64,000 bases of DNA from a virus (taxonomy: Duplodnaviria > Caudoviricetes): positions 64,001 through 128,000 of IMG/VR virus record IMGVR_UViG_3300028591_000109, one strand, 5' to 3'. Positions 28,168 through 38,000 of the stretch are shown here, piece after piece; position 1 is the first letter of the stretch; each line of letters opens with the position of its first letter. The notes beneath the pieces are model-generated. The model was not told where the DNA came from, did not search any database, and worked only from the letters and a program-made list of their open reading frames with translations. A program made the position numbers and the translations under genes.

Positions 28168-31056
28168 ATGGAACATCTTGCACTTGAGGTTTTCGACCTC
28201 GCTACTAAGGAGAACCCGAACCCTACCGGCAGCCAGTATGCCGTGCTGGAGCCGGACGCAACCATCACCATCACCGACACGTCGGAGATTTTTGCTGACG
28301 GCGATGTGTGGTCCTACGACTTTACGCTGAACGTCCGCGCCAACGCGCACCTGTTCGCCACGGCTGGCGACATTCACGGCTCACGGTTGCACGAGCAGAT
28401 CAATAAGCGGAAGGCCCGCCTGTGGGTGGAGGGCGTGCCGCTCTACTTAGGCTACCTGAAGCTCGGCGATGAAGCGGAGGTGGATGCGGAGGGCAACGTG
28501 GACGTCAGCTTCGAGAGCGGACAGAAAACGTTTGAGGAGTTGATAGAGGGAGCCAAGGCCAACCAGGTGCCGATGATAGGAAATGTCAAGATTGGCGTGG
28601 CACTCTGGCAGAAACGCCAAGTCTCTTACAATTTAAAACTCAGAGCGTCTGCTATTTTTGAGAATAAAAAAGAATCAAAGGATGGGGAGATAAAAGAAAC
28701 CCTTAACGATTCTAACCTAATCACGTTTACAAGCGATGACGAACAGAACCCCGTCCAACAATACCCCAGGATGGTGTTTCCTGTGGGCACTTTCAAAGAT
28801 TGGAGCGACTATAAGGACACTACCTACGATGTTAATGAACTCAACACTGACAGCCCTTATACCGAAAACGAAAATGGTGTACCGACGCATCCGTTCTGTA
28901 ATGTAGCATTATGTTATCAGCGGCAGGGTTATGAAAAGAAAAACGAAAGAGACGAACTGATACCAGACTACACCAGCGAGCCGGAGGCGCAGCGAGGCTA
29001 CGAATACATGCCCGCTAAACGTGTGAACTCCGCGCCAAACTTCTTTGTGCTCTACTGGTTCCGTGCATTGATGAACCATCTTGGCATCTATATCGAAGAG
29101 AACCAAATGCTTGATGTAGAGGATTTGCGCAGACTATTCTTCGTGAACACCAATTGTGCGTACAAGGTGCCGAAAAGAAAATTCTACACGGGTGATGACA
29201 TCAGCTGGTACCAATTCCTTCCAAGTACTGGCAGATTGGTGCCTGAATACTACAACATCGAGAAGAATTTTAATAAAGAAGAAAGTGCATTTAAGAGCGT
29301 GGAAGACGGGTTTACCGTAAGCACACCGATAATAGATCCATCCACAGCCGCCTCACTTATCCCGCAGTCAATAATACCGACCATCGACCGCATTGCCGTT
29401 AAGGTAAGCGAAGTCAGCAAAAGCAACGAAGATGCACAGAAACACGTATATGAGAACAACAACCGCTGGCTCCATGATGCCTATGCCACGAGCGACTGTT
29501 TCCCGAATGTAGACATCTCGGAAGTCATCAATGCCATAGAGAGCGGATTCGGTGTGCGTCTGCTATTCAGCAACGACTATAAGCGGGTAAGGATTGTGCT
29601 GCTGCGCAATGTATTCCGGAACGAGGATGTACAGGACATAACGTGCGAGATTGTGGACGAGGATGTTAAGGTGGAGAATAATATCCGTGGCTTCCGCATG
29701 ACCTACGGCAATACGGAGGACACCCATTTCTACTACAAGGGCTTTGCCGACATGTTGCCGCACAAGAAAGAACTGTGGGCAGACACAAGCGACGAGCATG
29801 ACTATTCGCACTGGGATTTGAATGCCATCTATGCCAACATCATACACAAGGTGTCGGCCTTCGACAAGACCTGCTATGTGACACCCAACACAGGCAATGC
29901 CTATGGTATTAAGATTGACAAGGACGCCAAGCGTTATGACGAGCTACATCCATCGCTTTTCGGGTACGGTGAGTTTATGGATGCCGAAGACGGCGACTGT
30001 ACTGGCGAAGACGAGACCATCAAGACTGTCAACATGGGCTTCACCCCCGCCATTATGAACGACCTGAACATGGAGGAAGAACGCGAAAACGGCTCACGCG
30101 AACAGCGGTTTGCTCTATTTGTCGGCGAGACGATGCGTCCTCGTCGGCCTGAACTGATAGAAGGCACTGATTACAATGACCCTGAAACAGTATATCCTAT
30201 GGATGGAGAATATGGGCTATACGGTGACAAGTCGAAGGCAAAGGATATGAAGTCAGACGGCATCGTAAAGCCTGGCGAGTTCGCAGTGAGGTCGGATATG
30301 TATGCCAGTGCGAGCGGTCTTAAAACCACAGTTCGCTATCTCCTCAAATACGTTGACATGTCTTTTTTCGACGGACCAGACTCCGTACCCGTGTATGCGC
30401 AATGGGATATTACTAACCTGAATATCGACGGTCATATCAACGAGGGCTACCGCCTGTATCTGCAGGACAACTACGAACCTAACGACGACGGCATCTCGCC
30501 TATCGAGACGCACGACTGGGGCTTGACGCTGGGCATCATGCGCGGCAGCGGCAGCGACGCCTACGTAAACTACACGGCCGATCCTGACGACGGCGAGGGC
30601 AACGACACATGGGACATCATGGCCGGCAGCAGCGTGACGGCACACCCGGACACCTGCGACTCGTATGGCAACGAGTGGGACTACAACGGAGACGCTGAAG
30701 GGATAGGCGACCCCGACGGCAGGGTCAGCCTGAAGCTCCGGGCAGAAAAGCCTAACCCTTATTACAACCCGCATCTGCCGGAGAGCGACAGCAACCGCCG
30801 TTATCTGCAGATTTCCAATAAGAACCTGCGGCAGCGCGGCCTCGCTGACCAGTTCTACAAGGAGTACAGCTTCTGGGTGCGCAATGCCCGCATCGTGAAA
30901 CGGACGGTACGCATGACGCTGGCACAGCTGCTGACCATCGACAAGACAAAACGTGTCAACGTAGGTGACGTGACGGGATTCATCAGGAAGATGCAGTATT
31001 CGGTGAGTAACGAGACGGGGCTTGGCAATGTAACGATGGAGATAATGTATATATGA
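28168..31056 (+). CDS. Large tail/baseplate hub-like structural protein
   Basis: 962 aa, acidic, preceded by the virion-gene promoter motif. Confidence 0.6.
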   Translation: MEHLALEVFDLATKENPNPTGSQYAVLEPDATITITDTSEIFADGDVWSYDFTLNVRANAHLFATAGDIHGSRLHEQINKRKARLWVEGVPLYLGYLKLGDEAEVDAEGNVDVSFESGQKTFEELIEGAKANQVPMIGNVKIGVALWQKRQVSYNLKLRASAIFENKKESKDGEIKETLNDSNLITFTSDDEQNPVQQYPRMVFPVGTFKDWSDYKDTTYDVNELNTDSPYTENENGVPTHPFCNVALCYQRQGYEKKNERDELIPDYTSEPEAQRGYEYMPAKRVNSAPNFFVLYWFRALMNHLGIYIEENQMLDVEDLRRLFFVNTNCAYKVPKRKFYTGDDISWYQFLPSTGRLVPEYYNIEKNFNKEESAFKSVEDGFTVSTPIIDPSTAASLIPQSIIPTIDRIAVKVSEVSKSNEDAQKHVYENNNRWLHDAYATSDCFPNVDISEVINAIESGFGVRLLFSNDYKRVRIVLLRNVFRNEDVQDITCEIVDEDVKVENNIRGFRMTYGNTEDTHFYYKGFADMLPHKKELWADTSDEHDYSHWDLNAIYANIIHKVSAFDKTCYVTPNTGNAYGIKIDKDAKRYDELHPSLFGYGEFMDAEDGDCTGEDETIKTVNMGFTPAIMNDLNMEEERENGSREQRFALFVGETMRPRRPELIEGTDYNDPETVYPMDGEYGLYGDKSKAKDMKSDGIVKPGEFAVRSDMYASASGLKTTVRYLLKYVDMSFFDGPDSVPVYAQWDITNLNIDGHINEGYRLYLQDNYEPNDDGISPIETHDWGLTLGIMRGSGSDAYVNYTADPDDGEGNDTWDIMAGSSVTAHPDTCDSYGNEWDYNGDAEGIGDPDGRVSLKLRAEKPNPYYNPHLPESDSNRRYLQISNKNLRQRGLADQFYKEYSFWVRNARIVKRTVRMTLAQLLTIDKTKRVNVGDVTGFIRKMQYSVSNETGLGNVTMEIMYI

Positions 31057-31087
31057 TGCTAATTGTCGTATGACAGTACAAAAAAAA

Positions 31088-31474
31088 CTACTTCTTTCTG
31101 ACAAATCTATCGCCAAAAATCCAAAACGTGTCGTTGTCAGGATTATAACTTCCGTTTATTTCGTCACGCCACACATTGCCATAACTATTGACGTAAACAA
31201 TGCGTAAATAAACAGTACTACCATATAAGTTGTACGTAAAGGAACCACCTACGTCGCCACCGGAATCGTACATGCCCGTACCATCAGAATTAAACGAGTA
31301 AGACCGTTTGTCACAAACCCATGTGCCAAGGATTTTTTTCTCGTACCAATTTTCGTAGTTATTACCACCATCGCCATCGTCATCTTTGTTACAGGCGGTG
31401 AAACCAAGTGTGAATACACATGCAAGCGCCAGCACTGCTATGCGGCTTACGGAAAGGAATGTTTTTGTTTTCAT
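31088..31474 (-). CDS. Moron lipoprotein
   Basis: 128 aa; lipobox LGFTA-C followed by NKDDD; low GC; own TACATTTG promoter at 31502-31509; antisense to neighbours. Confidence 0.8.
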   Translation of the reverse strand: MKTKTFLSVSRIAVLALACVFTLGFTACNKDDDGDGGNNYENWYEKKILGTWVCDKRSYSFNSDGTGMYDSGGDVGGSFTYNLYGSTVYLRIVYVNSYGNVWRDEINGSYNPDNDTFWIFGDRFVRKK

Positions 31475-31556
31475 TGTTTGTTCGTTGTAGCATTTCGTTT
31501 GCAAATGTACGGAAAAACGAGTGAATTGCCAAATGATCGTCGGAATAAATGTCGCT

Positions 31557-31590
31557 CGCCCTTGATTATGGGCGGCAATGCGGCTATCTT
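31557..31590 (+). promoter_or_regulatory. Promoter-like motif CGCCCTTGA-N20-ATCTT (8 of 9)
   Basis: Exact spacing; upstream of ATG 31611. Confidence 0.7.
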
Positions 31591-31610
31591 CGAGGAAAAA
31601 GCAGCGACTT

Positions 31611-32669
31611 ATGGCAAACATCGTCATTATAGAAGGCCAGTTCAACAAGGACGGTTCCTACTTCGCCGACTCGCCGGTCATCATCCGTGTGTCTGGGCTG
31701 GCATGGCCGAGTATCAACCCCAGCCCGTTCACCGTCGTTCAGGTGAATGTAGTGTATGGTGACAAGGTGGTGGGCAACTTCCACGCCGATACGGGCGGTC
31801 AGACGGAAATCACGTTCGACATCTCGTCGGCACTACAGGCTATCTGGGCCGACTACGGCTACGCCGCCGAGCTGACTGCAGCCAACGGCAGGAGCAGCAC
31901 CACGCGGGGCTACCGCAGCTACTCGATTGAGATGTACACCGAGTATATTGCCGATGGCGGAGTGTTCACCACTTCGCCCACAGCGACGTTCCCAGGTGGA
32001 AAGTGCATGATAGGCGGGCTGACGGAGTGGGAGCGCAGCCGTGTGGGCAATGCCGACGCATCGACGCAGGAGTTCACCAACCTGCGCTACGGCGACGCAT
32101 CGACCAAGCCGACCGGCACACCGGAGCGCGTGGGCAGCCTGAGCCCTACGTCGTGGGTGGACTTGAGCGCAAGCGGCACCACACAGCACTACTACGCTCC
32201 CGGCGCAACGATGGGCAACGACGGCCCCAGCGACCACGCTCCGCTGGTGCTGCGCGACAGCGTACCGTATGTCGATTTCCTCTTCCTGAACCGGCGCGGA
32301 GCCATTGAGACCTGCAGCGGGCAGACTTTGGAGTCGATGGGCATCAACGTGAAGGTGACGCAGTACAGTCGCACGGGGCGTCCGTCGTTCAACCCCGTGC
32401 GCTCGCTGATGGCCATCGGACAGGACGGACGGCGCTCGTGGCAGATGTCGAGCGGTTACGTTACTCGCGAGTGGGCCGAGTGGTGGGCACTGGAATTTCT
32501 GGGTGGCAAGCGCAAGCAGTGGTGGATGCGATACCCGATCGGAGATGCGAACGGAACGTATGTCCCCGTCATCGTGGAGCCGTCGAAGCAGAACATCAGC
32601 ATCTATGACCGGTCGAAGCAGCAGATGGCGCACGTGGACTTCACGGTGACGCTGGCATTAGAAGGATGA
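31611..32669 (+). CDS. Tail structural protein
   Basis: 352 aa; FDISSALQ, FLFLNRRGAIET and SSGYV..EWA.W motifs. Confidence 0.6.
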   Translation: MANIVIIEGQFNKDGSYFADSPVIIRVSGLAWPSINPSPFTVVQVNVVYGDKVVGNFHADTGGQTEITFDISSALQAIWADYGYAAELTAANGRSSTTRGYRSYSIEMYTEYIADGGVFTTSPTATFPGGKCMIGGLTEWERSRVGNADASTQEFTNLRYGDASTKPTGTPERVGSLSPTSWVDLSASGTTQHYYAPGATMGNDGPSDHAPLVLRDSVPYVDFLFLNRRGAIETCSGQTLESMGINVKVTQYSRTGRPSFNPVRSLMAIGQDGRRSWQMSSGYVTREWAEWWALEFLGGKRKQWWMRYPIGDANGTYVPVIVEPSKQNISIYDRSKQQMAHVDFTVTLALEG

Positions 32670-32670
32670 T

Positions 32671-32764
32671 TTAAGTGAAGAGTGAAGAATGAAGAGTGAA
32701 GAATAACAAGCGGCGACTGTGCGGTAGCAAATTCTTCATTCTTCACTCTTCATTCTTCATTCAA
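32671..32764. repeat. Inverted doublet of the (AGTGAAG)n heptamer element
   Basis: Left arm aagtgaagagtgaagaatgaagagtgaagaat; right arm gcggtagcaaattcttcattcttcactcttcattcttcatt. Confidence 0.85.
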
Positions 32765-32767
32765 CTC

Positions 32768-32801
32768 TGCCCTTGATTTCGGACGCCGTTATAACGATAT
32801 T
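32768..32801 (+). promoter_or_regulatory. Promoter-like motif TGCCCTTGA-N20-ATATT (9 of 9)
   Basis: Upstream of the holin-like genes. Confidence 0.75.
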
Positions 32802-32846
32802 CGGATAACAAGAAAACGAAATAATGTCTTAACTCGAAAAAGTGAA

Positions 32847-33188
32847 ATGAACCAAGTAATGATTGACCTCTGGCCCCTGTTGGTGCCCATCCTGCTGGCA
32901 GCCGTCGGGTGGCAGTGGCGCGAAAACCACCAGCTGAAAATCCGCGTGGCGGTGCTGGAGACTACAGTAGAGAACTTAGAGAATACGCTGGAGAACATTC
33001 GCGACCGACAGGATTCTCAGTCGAAGAAACAGGATAATATCCTCGACCGCTTACAGTCGATGGAGAGTGAAGTACTGGAACGCTTAGGCAAGACCGACGC
33101 CAACATATCGTCGCTGTCGGCTCAACTGAAGGGGTTGCACGACTTGATTCTTATTTCAGACAAAGGTATTCACATCAAAAGGACATAG
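32847..33188 (+). CDS. Membrane-anchored coiled-coil protein (holin/lysis-associated candidate)
   Basis: One N-terminal TM plus coiled coil, 113 aa. Confidence 0.55.
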   Translation: MNQVMIDLWPLLVPILLAAVGWQWRENHQLKIRVAVLETTVENLENTLENIRDRQDSQSKKQDNILDRLQSMESEVLERLGKTDANISSLSAQLKGLHDLILISDKGIHIKRT

Positions 33189-33190
33189 CT

Positions 33191-33550
33191 ATGGGCGAGA
33201 AGATTAAGAACACAGGAAGCGAACTGAAGAACCGCTGGCTGATGAGGATGCCGCGCTTCTTCCGCATGATAGTGAGAATTGTGCTGAGCGTTGCCGCCAC
33301 CGCCACTACCGTGAACTTCGGCGTGCCAGCCCTTGGCGGTGTGCTCTATGAGTGGTGGCCCGACGTATATACGCATATCCTCGTGGGTAGCATCTGCATC
33401 GTCATGGTGTGTAAACTCACCGTGGCCGGCGGCTATAAGGAGCTGGACCCGGAGGAGCTGCTGCGCGGCAAGATGAATCGGCATATCCAGATGACGCACG
33501 ACATCGACGAGCAGATGGATGGCGAGCAGCCGGGCGACGAACAGGGTTAG
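33191..33550 (+). CDS. Putative holin
   Basis: 119 aa, 2 TMs, RW...MPRFFR N-terminus, charged tail. Confidence 0.55.
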   Translation: MGEKIKNTGSELKNRWLMRMPRFFRMIVRIVLSVAATATTVNFGVPALGGVLYEWWPDVYTHILVGSICIVMVCKLTVAGGYKELDPEELLRGKMNRHIQMTHDIDEQMDGEQPGDEQG

Positions 33551-33677
33551 TAGTGTTTTCATAGGCATAGGCTTAGGCGTAGCGACACCGCGAATTGTTT
33601 TAGGTTCTTGGCCGAGCCAAGCGGCAAAGCCGAGCGAGTAATAATTTATAGTTTTAGGTTTTTTAGTTATTAAAAAA

Positions 33678-33712
33678 GAAAAGGCCGCCATCCGTGAGGA
33701 TAGCGGCCTTTT
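33678..33712. terminator. Bidirectional intrinsic terminator
   Basis: aaaaggccgc...gcggcctttt between convergent genes. Confidence 0.85.
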
Positions 33713-33732
33713 TGTATGTCTGCGCGATGGCG

Positions 33733-34287
33733 TTAGAGGTGTGCCATCTCACGGTCAGCAGCTTCCAATGGGGAAACACCAGTGGAGTGAAGCCCCTTTT
33801 CCGAGGCGACTTGCATGCGCAGGTCGTCGTTCTGTTGCCGAAGGAAGTCTATGAGTTTATCCTTTTCCACAAGCTGTGAACGCATGAAAGCAATCTCCTC
33901 CTTCTTTTCGTCCATGTGTGAACGCAGGTTGGCAATGATCTCGTCCTTGGCGGCAAGCAAGGCGGTGAACGGTTGTTCGACCGCCTGCTTCTCAGGGTTT
34001 TCCACAGGTACATCCTTGGTCAGCATGACGCTGCTTTGGCCAAGCAAGAACAACAGGTTGAATATCTTTCCAGTTTTGATGTACAACTTGTTGATCGTGG
34101 CATCGCTCGGACGTGTGTAATAGTTTACGATATTCGTAATCGTGTCTTCGTCGATACCAATTTTCTTCGCTAATTTTTCATTAGTGTCAAGACTCTCCGG
34201 GTATGTGCTCCGCAGATAAGCTAACGCTGCAGCAATGTTATCGTTGCGTGTCTTGTCTTCAACAGATTTCTTTTCGTTCTTCTTCAT
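33733..34287 (-). CDS. CI-like XRE-HTH repressor
   Basis: NEKLAKKIGIDEDTITNI HTH, C-terminal coiled coil, divergent from the replication operon. Confidence 0.7.
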   Translation of the reverse strand: MKKNEKKSVEDKTRNDNIAAALAYLRSTYPESLDTNEKLAKKIGIDEDTITNIVNYYTRPSDATINKLYIKTGKIFNLLFLLGQSSVMLTKDVPVENPEKQAVEQPFTALLAAKDEIIANLRSHMDEKKEEIAFMRSQLVEKDKLIDFLRQQNDDLRMQVASEKGLHSTGVSPLEAADREMAHL

Positions 34288-34322
34288 ACGTTCTACTTTT
34301 ATTCGTTAATAAATACTAAATA

Positions 34323-34511
34323 ACCGAACAACACCGAACGCATCCGAAATATTCTGATTACCTTTGCCTCGAAATAAATAAAGTTTATAATCGGACAGGG
34401 AACAGCCTGCAGACACCATGAGGCGTCTTTCAGCGGAAAGCGTCGTGCCGCCAATGCTTAAAATTGAAATAACCATTGCAAAGGTAAGGCTTTTCCGCCG
34501 ATTATAAACTT
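34323..34511. promoter_or_regulatory. Genetic switch region with face-to-face sigma-A promoters
   Basis: TACCTTTG on + at 34359-34366 and on - at 34479-34486; 14-bp inverted repeat 34381-34394/34498-34511; CCGAA x3 at 10-bp period. Confidence 0.65.
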
Positions 34512-34542
34512 ATAGTGTTAATAAATTAAGTTTTATAAACAG

Positions 34543-34737
34543 ATGCAAGAACGAGTGAGCAGACAAGAACTGAGGGACATGCGCGTAGGACAGACTCGCA
34601 TCTTCACGCTGGACGACAAGAAGAAAATCACATCGGCTCGCGTGCAGGCGAATCAGCTGAAGAACGAGGAGGGGCTGGAGTTTGAAGTCAACGCCGACTA
34701 TCAGGCTTCGGCAGTCAGTATCACGCGGGTAAAATAG
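34543..34737 (+). CDS. Small protein at the Cro-equivalent position
   Basis: 64 aa; first gene of the rightward operon. Confidence 0.6.
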   Translation: MQERVSRQELRDMRVGQTRIFTLDDKKKITSARVQANQLKNEEGLEFEVNADYQASAVSITRVK

Positions 34738-34753
34738 AGTGGGAGGCGACGAT

Positions 34754-35053
34754 ATGAAACGATACTTCAAGAATCTTCTTGCAGCCCTGCTGGGACGCAA
34801 TCCCTACGAGACAGAGCGCGACGAGATGCGTCGGCAGATAGAGCAGGCCGCAGAGAACGTGGAGCGGTTGCGCGACATGTACTGCGCAGCCTGTGAAAAG
34901 TGGGAGCAGAGCGACAAGCAGGTAGCCTCGCTACAGCAACTCGTGGAGAACCTGCGCGAGCGCATCAAGGACAAAGATGCCGCCATCGAACAACTGCAGA
35001 ATGAATATCGTGAATATACGAAAAAGAAGAAGGACACTACTAACAAATCGTGA
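34754..35053 (+). CDS. Coiled-coil hypothetical protein
   Basis: 99 aa; stop overlaps the primase start. Confidence 0.6.
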   Translation: MKRYFKNLLAALLGRNPYETERDEMRRQIEQAAENVERLRDMYCAACEKWEQSDKQVASLQQLVENLRERIKDKDAAIEQLQNEYREYTKKKKDTTNKS

Positions 35054-38000
35054 ACGAGAAAAACCGCAACATATTAGACCAGATATCCCTTGTGGACGTC
35101 ATGGCGGGATGGGGACATACGGTGCAGCGGCAGAATGCAAAGGGCACCGTGGCCTACTATCTGTGTCCGTGGCACGACGACCACCATCCGTCGTTGCAGG
35201 TGGAGAGGGAAGCCCGCGACGGGGCTACGGCGGCGATGTTCAAGTGCTACCGCTGCGGGCCCGCCGGCTACGGGGCGATACAGCTTGCGGCGCGGCTGAT
35301 GGGCTATCCCGCGGGGAAAATCCCAGGCGATGACATGCCGAAGGTGATGGCGGAACTGGCCACGCGCTGCGACGTGAACCTGGAAGAAGAGACCGACGAG
35401 GAGGGCCGCAAGTGGCAGCGCAACCTGCGCATGAGCAGGGTGGGGTGGACGGAGTTCCGCAAGACCGAACTGCAATACGCCGACTGGACGGGCGACGAGC
35501 CGCTATTGGAGCGCGGCGAATGGACTGTGGAGGGGCTGAGGGCTCTGGGACTGCGGGTGGAGATGTCAACCCACAAAGCCACGAAGGACGATATAAGAAA
35601 CAACGGCGGGGCAACGACCGAAAACAATGCTACGGCGTCCGACCAAAGCGGCACTGTCCCCGCCGAAATAAAGACAGGCGACCTGATAACCGACTTCGAC
35701 CCCGACTCTGGCGAACCGCTCTACCGCTGCTCTCTGGGCGCAGGCTTCTACGGCGACCCGAAGAAGGCCGAGACGAAGACCGTTGCGGAGTGGGGTATGG
35801 AAGTGGAGCGGTTGTTCCACGTGCAGCCCGTAGCTCGCGTCATCAGCCGCAAGGAGAACAAGGAGAAGGGCGGCTTCTACGTGCAATTCGTCAACGCCAC
35901 GCGCAACTACCCCATCTTTATGTTCTGCTATCCGTTCGGCACGAAGAAATACGAGCCGAAGAATATCTACGGGTATAAGTGGGCGTGGAAGGATGTGGAC
36001 GAGAGCGTGGACGTAGGCCGCCAGTGGTATGCCGACGCTGACCTGGAGGACTTCCTGAAGGACGGTGTAATCCCTGAACAGGATAAGCGCCATCCCTACG
36101 TGGAGATAGAGGACAAGGAGAAGAAGACGAAACAGATCCGCTTCGGCCGCATCGTGCTCTGCTCCGGCCCACGCGATGCGATAGCCGTCTATAGCCACAG
36201 CGACGCGCACGTCGTCTGGCTCAACTCCGAGATGGCAGGCTTCGACGGCAAGGGTGGCACCATGCGCCCCAACCGCTGGCTGCGGGCACTGCTGAGGAAG
36301 CTCCAGAGCGTCTGCGTGGAGGGCGGGCTGTACGTCTGTTACGACGAGGACGAGACAGGACTGAAGGCCAGTCAGGCCATCGCCCTGAGTAACCCTGCTG
36401 TGCATTGGCTGCGGCTGCCGAAGGAGCTGGGGCAAATACCCGGAAAGTCCGGCAAACCCGGAATATCCGCGAACCCCGAAAAGCCCATCAAGCCCCTGAA
36501 GGACGCCACCGACTTCATCCAGCACTTCGCCGAGGTGGAGCGGCTGATGCCTGCTGAGCTGCAGCACGACGACCCGACGGAATGGTTCGACAACGCCATG
36601 TTCGACACGCCGACCTGCAAGTTCTGGCAATGGGAGAGCGAGAGAAAGGAACAGGACGGCAGCAGCCGTGCCCGCTATAAGTTCGACCTGCGGAATACCC
36701 CCGTGTTCCTTCGGGCACGTGGCATCGTGCGCCGCGTGATGCAGTCGGGCGACGAGTCGTTCAGCCGCTTCTTCCTCTTAGGCAACGACCATACCTATAG
36801 CGAACTGTTCGTGGGCCAGAAGGGCAGCAATAAGCTGGTGCCCCAGATACGCGACATCATGGCCGAATGGCTACGGGCGCACTCTGAGTTTAATGATAAG
36901 AAAGGTGCGCTCTCGCGGGCCATCTACGGAGCCAAATTGGAGCAGGGCATCATGGAGTCGATAGAGACGATGGACTTCGACGAGAAGAGCTTCGGCGAGG
37001 ACTTCGACCACTTCTTCTTCCATAACACCGCCGTCCGTGTGACGAAGGACGACATCAAACTGGTGCCCTACTCGCAGATGAAATGGTGGACCAATCAGGA
37101 TGCCATCCTCGACGGCGACTTCACCATCACCGACCGTCTGTGGCACGTGGAGGAAGCTGGGTTCTACCCCTCCGAACTCGCCAAGCACGAGGCGATACTC
37201 AGCGCAGCGAAGGTCGATGACGAGATCAAGCAGGAGAACATGCGCTGGGACCAGTGGCAGCAGCTCTGGCGCTACCGCCTGGTGATGGATAAACCATTAG
37301 AAGAGATGCCGTTGCACTTCCGCTTCCTATATAATACGTGCCGCATCTTCTGGGAGAAGGAGCAGACACAGGAACTCACCAAGACCGAACAGCAGACGCA
37401 GGATATGTACTTCATGGCCATGCTCCACGCTATCGGCTCGGCACTGGTGCGCCACCGCTCGGCCAACCGTCAGCAGTTCATCCACATCACCGACAACGGC
37501 ACCCGCCGCGAGGATTTGGCCAGCGGTGGCACGGGCAAGACGGCCATACTCGAACTCTTCGCCCTCGTGCGCCGTACCCTCGGCATCGACGGCAAGGCGC
37601 TCGAAGGTGGCAATATCGTGATGGAGCAGGAACTGGGCAAAGTCATCCCCGGTCTGCACAACGTGGTCTGCATCGACGAACTGCCGCAGGGATTCAATCC
37701 CAAGAAGATGTATAACTATCCGCTCTCCGTCACCTCTCGCGGCCTCTATAAAGGCTCTGTTAAACTGACGGGCGACGACCTGCCGAAGTTCGTACTCGCC
37801 AGCAACGAGCAGATAGACCTCTCCAGCGACTCGACGAACCGCCGCGCCTACCAGATACTCGTGGGCGACTGGTATCATCCCCGCTCGATGGACGGCTCGC
37901 GGCCCGCCCATACCCCTGCCGACGACTTCCGCAACGAGGGTGTGAAGGAGGTGGCACACAACCTGCCGCCCCAGATACTGAATGATGCCCGCAACCTGCT

